Source of the DNA: a virus
Lineage: Duplodnaviria > Heunggongvirae > Uroviricota > Caudoviricetes
DNA: 23,534 nucleotides
Strand: one strand, 5' to 3'
IMG/VR virus record: IMGVR_UViG_2563366895_000003
Location: 1-23,534 of that record
This document shows, in pieces, positions 18,898 to 23,534 of this stretch (position 1 is the stretch's first letter; each line of letters begins with the position of its first letter). A program made the translations under genes and the position numbers. The notes under the pieces are model-generated. The model was not told the DNA's origin. It did not search any database and was given only the letters and a program-made list of their open reading frames with translations.

Positions 18898-19813
18898 ACG
18901 GCTGCGTGATGAATCAATTGCTCATGCAGTCTGGATATCCCGCTATAGCACTGGTGTGGCTGCCAGAATGGTGAAGATACTGAATGACAGCGATGCGGAG
19001 CTTACAGCTCGCCTGCTGGTAGCACTGGACAGCCTCGATCCTGGTAGTTTTACCGTTACGCGCCTGGAGTCACTTCTGGCGAGTGTCAGAGAGGTTAACG
19101 GGGCTAAAGCGCAGGCGCTCACTATCAACAGGAATGAGGTTAACTCAACCGTTGATTTAACCCTTACAAAGCAATCAGGGACTGGCAATCGTTTTGTTTT
19201 ACAGAACTCAGGTAATGCAGAACTACCGTTTTCTGTCAGGGTGTGGGGTTCCAGTACTCGACAAAACGTTTTTGAGGTTGGAACGTCTGCTGCGTATCTG
19301 TTTTATGCTCAAAAAACATCTTCAGGTCAGCTGTTTGATGTAAACGGTGCTATTAACTGTACAACACTGAATCAGTTATCAGACCGCGAGCTGAAAGACA
19401 ATATTCAGATTATCAGTGACGCAACCGAAGCTATCCGTAAAATGAACGGGTACACCTACACACTTAAGGAAAACGGACTACCTTACGCTGGTGTTATTGC
19501 ACAGGAAGCAATGGAGGCAATACCGGAAGCGGTAGGCTCATTCACTCATTACGGTAAAGAGTTGCAGGGACCAACGGTTGACGGCAATGAATTACGTGAA
19601 GAAACACGTTATCTGAATGTTGACTACGCCGCCGTGACGGGGTTACTTGTTCAGGTCGCCCGTGAAACAGATGATCGCGTTACCGCGCTGGAAGAGGAAA
19701 ATACAACGTTACGTGAAAATCTGGCAACAGCAGGCACCCGGATCACCACTCTGGAAAATCAGGTAAGCGAACTGGTTGCACTTGTCCGGCAGTTAACAGG
19801 AAGCGAACATTGA
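18878..19813 (+). CDS. Chimeric ORF ending in a tail-fibre/tailspike C-terminal intramolecular chaperone (Peptidase S74-like) domain, 311 aa
   Basis: C-terminal half carries LSDRELKDNI ... NGYTYTLKENGLPYAGVIAQEAMEAIPEAV, which I recall as the self-cleaving chaperone motif of fibre proteins. The N-terminal ~90 aa look unrelated to a fibre shaft. Confidence 0.65.
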   Translation: MMQTVNERLRDESIAHAVWISRYSTGVAARMVKILNDSDAELTARLLVALDSLDPGSFTVTRLESLLASVREVNGAKAQALTINRNEVNSTVDLTLTKQSGTGNRFVLQNSGNAELPFSVRVWGSSTRQNVFEVGTSAAYLFYAQKTSSGQLFDVNGAINCTTLNQLSDRELKDNIQIISDATEAIRKMNGYTYTLKENGLPYAGVIAQEAMEAIPEAVGSFTHYGKELQGPTVDGNELREETRYLNVDYAAVTGLLVQVARETDDRVTALEEENTTLRENLATAGTRITTLENQVSELVALVRQLTGSEH

Positions 19814-19852
19814 TATCCTTCAAGCCCTGAAGGAGGCTGTTCCTGGTACGTT

Positions 19853-19996
19853 CAGACTGTTGTTGAGCTGGAGATCGCAACGGAGGAAGAAACCTTGTTG
19901 CTGGAAGCCTGGAAAAAGTATCGGGTGTTGCTGAACCGTGTTGATACATCAACTGCACCTGATATTGAGTGGCCTGCTGTCCCTGTTATGGAGTAA
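19853..19996 (+). pseudogene. Tail fibre assembly protein (Tfa) C-terminal remnant, ~47 codons
   Basis: Reads ...[43 protein letters not shown], in the same frame as and directly after the TGA of the preceding ORF. Resembles Tfa C-termini as I recall them; no start codon of its own. Confidence 0.5.
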
Positions 19997-20011
19997 TCGT
20001 TTTGAGATACG

Positions 20012-20047
20012 CCGCATACACGTTGTATGCAATAACGTGCTGCGGCT
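20012..20047. repeat. Left copy of a 36-bp imperfect direct repeat that is also a palindromic stem-loop
   Basis: CCGCATACACGTTGTATGCAATAACGTGCTGCGGCT; 32 of 36 positions identical to the copy at 22482-22517. Internal stems GCCGCA/TGCGGC and CACGTT/AACGTG. Confidence 0.6.
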
Positions 20048-20099
20048 TGGTAAATTTTAGCTAGTTTCAGCAGGAGACATAAAAAACTTCAATATAAGA

Positions 20100-20888
20100 T
20101 TAAGCATCACGTATTGCCAATCTGATTTTTGACTGATACCAATTGGGGCCTTCTGCAATTATTTCTTCCTCAACATGCATGATGGGATGCATTTCAATTT
20201 CAGAGTTTTTGACTTTCAGATCTAGTCCATGTTTTTTTGAAATTTGTAAAACTTCATTTTTGAAATCCTTATCTGCGAAAGGTGAAATCCTTATTTCTTC
20301 CAACAGATTATTAAGAGATACAGGGACTAGTTTTCCCTTTACAGGTGGAGTGTTAAAGGTATTCTCTTGAAAAATAGCTCTAAACTCTTTTTCGTATTCG
20401 AAAGATGGTCTCTTGTTAAAGAATACATCTGATTCTGGATTGTATTGTTTTATCCAGAAATTTTTGACGTATTTTACGTGTTTTAATTGTAGTTTGTTTA
20501 GATTATTATTTTCAAGTTGGCTTTGGAGGTTTTTTTTCTTTGATTTTATGACAACGCCTTTAGCGGGGTTTTTACAATACAGCTTCCACATAGCTTCAGA
20601 TTCATGTTCGTTACAATGCCAGCAACTTATATATGTCCTCTCGCTTATTTCCTTAAGTGTCTTTAAATTGAATGCCATGAAAGGATCTAAGTCCATGCCG
20701 GCACCATAAGTAGCGCATAGTTTTTCCTGTGTCTCAATGAATTTTTTATAGCCAGTATGTCCCCAAGCAAATTCACCTTCGAACGGATCTTCAAAATTTT
20801 TTGCTGAGCAAAAAAATAAAGCATTTTGTTCGAGTAACATAGAGAATTTCTCTATGTCAAGGTATCGCCATATATACTCAGTGTGCAT
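20100..20888 (-). CDS. DUF2971-family protein, 262 aa, very AT-rich
   Basis: AAGGAG Shine-Dalgarno 5 nt before the ATG at 20888. N-terminal IWRYLDIEKFSMLLEQNALFFCSAKNFEDPFEGEF, then ISCWHCNEHESEAMWKLYC and LKHVKYV, matching the DUF2971 pattern as I recall it. Confidence 0.7.
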   Translation of the reverse strand: MHTEYIWRYLDIEKFSMLLEQNALFFCSAKNFEDPFEGEFAWGHTGYKKFIETQEKLCATYGAGMDLDPFMAFNLKTLKEISERTYISCWHCNEHESEAMWKLYCKNPAKGVVIKSKKKNLQSQLENNNLNKLQLKHVKYVKNFWIKQYNPESDVFFNKRPSFEYEKEFRAIFQENTFNTPPVKGKLVPVSLNNLLEEIRISPFADKDFKNEVLQISKKHGLDLKVKNSEIEMHPIMHVEEEIIAEGPNWYQSKIRLAIRDA

Positions 20889-21017
20889 GATAGCTCCTTG
20901 CAATATAACTATTTCTATCTGTTCATTTGTACTTAAAAAGGATTGAGTAGCCTGAACAGTTCTATCCGTAAATATACCAGATAGAAGAGTTGTACAATAA
21001 CAAATCCTCCGTATAAG

Positions 21018-21056
21018 AACCAGCCATAATAGTCTGGTTCTTAAGGTTTTTTTTGT
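21018..21056 (+). other. Stem-loop GAACCAG-N10-CTGGTTC followed by a plus-strand T8 run, between the two cassette genes
   Basis: Read directly. Terminator-like for plus-strand (antisense) transcription only; on the coding strand it is preceded by an A-run, not followed by a U-run. Confidence 0.4.
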
Positions 21057-21101
21057 TCTAGGGGGGGTTAACCTACGATTCGTCCCCATATCGACGATAA
21101 A

Positions 21102-22304
21102 TCAGGCCTGTACCAACGCTTCTGTTTCTGTGAGTGAAATCTGATAGCGTTTTACTGCCTCAGCAAAGGCGTGCGCGGCATCTGCATTTGATACCATATA
21201 TTCTTCAGTTACCCCTGTTTGAGAATGGAAAGTAATATTTCCATAAATGCAAATAGGGATTTGGTAGTTATCTTTAAAACGACGGTCTGGTGAGCCATTC
21301 TTATTCGTTTTCGCCCATGTATAACCATCTATGCGTGAGTCACTGGGAACACCTTCTTCCTCATGGAATCTTAGATATTCTGAACTAATTTGTAATTCGC
21401 GTAAATCAATCAGAGCGAATGCTCCATCAGCTCGTGGTATGACTGCAACTCCAGGATAAAGCAAAATATCGTCTCCATTCACATTTTCAAACCTCATCGC
21501 ACGCCCTGTAAATTGAATGAGATCCGTTGAACTAAAATCAAAGGTAACTGGGTGACGATTAACAGACCGGGTTGCTAATGTTCTTTCAGCAAACTGGTCT
21601 GTAGCTTTATCTGCAGTAATATCCCATTTTTTGACACTCGATTTTAACATATCAAATGCATGGACCATCGCTGCATATGCGCGCTGTGAAGCATCACTGC
21701 TCTCGAATGTTATGGCTATTTTTGTGCTGTCTTCCCATGAAACTAGGCGAGATATCTCAGCTTGGGTTAGGGGGAGTAGTGTCTCAAGTTCTGCGATGCG
21801 TCGTTTGTAAAACCAACGGAATAGACTTGATTTGCGTCGAGCCAACTCGCTTTTTTGTTTTGATTCTTCGGCAAGAGCCTCTTGAAGATCTGCTTTTATT
21901 TCTGCTCTTTGTTCTCGTGCTTTAGCAATCAAATCTCGTAAAGGTAAAAGGGAGGTACTTGTAAGGACTTCTACCGAAGCGCTGGATATTTCATTCATGC
22001 CAGCTACAGGCATATATATTTTAGCGTTCGATGGTGTATTTTCTGGAGATGACCCAGACCCCAAATGAGGTTCTGTAGGGGCTGGATTTAATGGATTGGT
22101 AACTGAGTATCCATCATCATAGGGCAAGGTAGGTGTAGTATAAGATAAGCCTGTGCCCGGTAATCCGACAGTTGCTCTAACCCCTTTTTTACCAACATTG
22201 ACAGTTGCGCCAGGCACGCCAATGCTTGCACTTATTCCACGCTTGCCAATGTTGAGTCGAACGCCAGGAAATAGAGTAAAGGTTTGTCTGAAACGAAGAG
22301 ACAT
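21102..22304 (-). CDS. DUF4236 N-terminal-domain protein with coiled-coil middle and unassigned C-terminal domain, 400 aa
   Basis: N-terminal FTLFPGVRLNIGKRGISASIGVPGATVNVGKKGVRATVGLPGTGLSYTT is the Gly/basic DUF4236-type repeat pattern as I recall it; a coiled-coil-like stretch follows; C-terminal ~200 aa unrecognised. Confidence 0.7.
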   Translation of the reverse strand: MSLRFRQTFTLFPGVRLNIGKRGISASIGVPGATVNVGKKGVRATVGLPGTGLSYTTPTLPYDDGYSVTNPLNPAPTEPHLGSGSSPENTPSNAKIYMPVAGMNEISSASVEVLTSTSLLPLRDLIAKAREQRAEIKADLQEALAEESKQKSELARRKSSLFRWFYKRRIAELETLLPLTQAEISRLVSWEDSTKIAITFESSDASQRAYAAMVHAFDMLKSSVKKWDITADKATDQFAERTLATRSVNRHPVTFDFSSTDLIQFTGRAMRFENVNGDDILLYPGVAVIPRADGAFALIDLRELQISSEYLRFHEEEGVPSDSRIDGYTWAKTNKNGSPDRRFKDNYQIPICIYGNITFHSQTGVTEEYMVSNADAAHAFAEAVKRYQISLTETEALVQA

Positions 22305-22430
22305 AAAGTTATCCCTATGTAGTTTTGTACACCAAAGTTCGAAATGTTTTTATATGAATATTGAGCTGATTCGTAAGATTATTCCTAGCTCATCTTCATT
22401 CCGCCATGATACAACGGTTTGCTTGCAGGT

Positions 22431-22468
22431 GAAGAAAAACGAAAAAGCCCAATCATGATTGGTGGGCT
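22431..22468 (-). terminator. Rho-independent terminator of the sit operon
   Basis: On the minus strand: stem AGCCCA ... TGGGCT around a palindromic ATCATGAT centre, followed by TTTTTCGTTTTTC. Confidence 0.55.
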
Positions 22469-22481
22469 GGTGGAGTTGAAA

Positions 22482-22517
22482 CCGCAGACACGTCATATGC
22501 AAAAACGTGCTGCGGCT
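22482..22517. repeat. Right copy of the 36-bp imperfect direct repeat/stem-loop
   Basis: CCGCAGACACGTCATATGCAAAAACGTGCTGCGGCT; the four differences from the left copy fall in the loop or bulge positions, leaving both stems intact. Confidence 0.6.
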
Positions 22518-22676
22518 AACTGGTGAACTTTCGATAGTGCGGGTATTGAATGATTTCTAGGCGTTATCGATTTTACGTATTTTTTGCATGATAGAATTCG
22601 TACCTCCTCCCAACGACCTTCCATGGCTTTCCGGACTTCTGTAGGCCGGCGGACGATGTTGTCCTCGGATGTTGTG

Positions 22677-23534
22677 CTAATTGGGTGATAACAGATCCTG
22701 TGTATGGGAGTTTCCCTTTGTGCGTGCGTTGATGCTGGTAACGGTAAACGTCATGATGAACACGACCGCGAATAAGACGACAATCGTCGGAGCTGGTGCG
22801 CTGTCGATAAAAAAGGACAGCCAGACACCAGTCATTGACACTATTACCGATATGCCAGTCGCCAGTAGGAGCGCAATATGAAAGCGTTGTGTCAGGAGTA
22901 CCGCAATGGCGCCAGGCGCAATGAGCAGAGAAATGGAGAGAATGATACCTACCGCTTTCAGCGTCGCCACAATGGTCAGAGAGACCATGCACAGCAGCCC
23001 ATAATGCAGCCATCTCGTATGCAAACCGCTTACCTGCGCCTGTTGATAATCAAAGCTGAACAGCAAAAAATCCCGCCATTTTACGCTAATAACAAGTGTA
23101 ACCAGCCCGGCAATAATCATCGTCTGGATTATATCGCCGATGGTTATCCCGAGCATGTCGCCGAAAAGAATATGGTCAAGATGTACGTCTGGTTTGACCG
23201 CAATATACAAGATCAAACCTGCGGCAAACATGCCAGAAAAAACAATCCCCATCACTGTATCTTGCTTGATTCGGCTGTTGTCTTTCAGGTATCCCGTCGC
23301 CACCGCGCAGAATACTCCGGCGACGAATGCCCCTGTAGCCAAAGGTAACCCCAGAATCCAGGCAAGCACGATGCCAGGAAAAACCGCATGACTCATCGCG
23401 TCACCCATCAGTGCCCAACCTTTCAGGACCAGAAAGACCGACAGCAGCGCACAGGGTATGGAAACTACCAGTGAAATCAGCAGTGCGTGACTCATAAAGG
23501 TGAACTGCAGTGGCTCCAGTAATAATGCCATCAT
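22677..23534 (-). CDS. sitD: ABC-3 family Mn/Fe transporter permease, last gene of a sit-type operon (SitD-like), 285 aa; start coincides with the window edge
   Basis: Polytopic hydrophobic protein with the ZnuB/MntB/SitD-like pattern; followed downstream by a terminator. The MM start is at the last bases of the window, so the N-terminus could extend off-window. Confidence 0.8.
   Translation of the reverse strand: MMALLLEPLQFTFMSHALLISLVVSIPCALLSVFLVLKGWALMGDAMSHAVFPGIVLAWILGLPLATGAFVAGVFCAVATGYLKDNSRIKQDTVMGIVFSGMFAAGLILYIAVKPDVHLDHILFGDMLGITIGDIIQTMIIAGLVTLVISVKWRDFLLFSFDYQQAQVSGLHTRWLHYGLLCMVSLTIVATLKAVGIILSISLLIAPGAIAVLLTQRFHIALLLATGISVIVSMTGVWLSFFIDSAPAPTIVVLFAVVFIMTFTVTSINARTKGNSHTQDLLSPN

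Noticed and set aside
20889-21101. Intergenic hairpin between the cassette genes as a terminator separating two transcription units
   Set aside because: Its T-run is on the plus strand, so it cannot terminate the minus-strand coding transcripts canonically; kept only as an unexplained structure.
22573-23391. ORFs of 146 aa (minus), 156 aa and 83 aa (plus) overlapping sitD
   Set aside because: Alternative-frame or antisense ORFs inside a membrane-protein gene; the sitD frame gives a coherent polytopic permease whereas these do not.

Overview
This window reads as a defective Rac-type lambdoid prophage of Escherichia/Shigella, lying next to the 3' end of a sit-type Mn/Fe ABC transporter operon. 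Identifications are from reading the translations and motifs by eye; no searches were run. Left to right: integrase, excisionase-like gene, ydaC, lar/ralR, recT, recE, racC, ydaE and kilR (all minus strand), then a 5'-truncated DnaC-like helicase-loader remnant with no repressor/cro/O-type genes in between. Next come a tandem winged-helix protein, a small accessory cluster (QueH/DUF208-like, YeaR/DUF1971-like), a Nin-like region (DUF1367, DUF1364/YbcO-like, a positional Q candidate), a strong intrinsic terminator, two tRNAs (Thr-UGU, Gly-UCC), an apparently intact lysis cassette (S21-like holin, SAR endolysin, Rz/Rz1), AT-rich trkG, a ParB-like protein, a terminase remnant, a putative portal, and a chimeric ORF ending in a tail-fibre intramolecular-chaperone domain followed by a Tfa C-terminal remnant. 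The most interesting part is a two-gene minus-strand cassette (DUF4236 N-domain protein + DUF2971 protein, 20100-22304) wedged between the tail-fibre remnants and sitD and bracketed by a 36-bp imperfect direct repeat that is itself a conserved stem-loop. I do not recognise this pair as a described system; it is a candidate accessory or defence module, not a demonstrated one.
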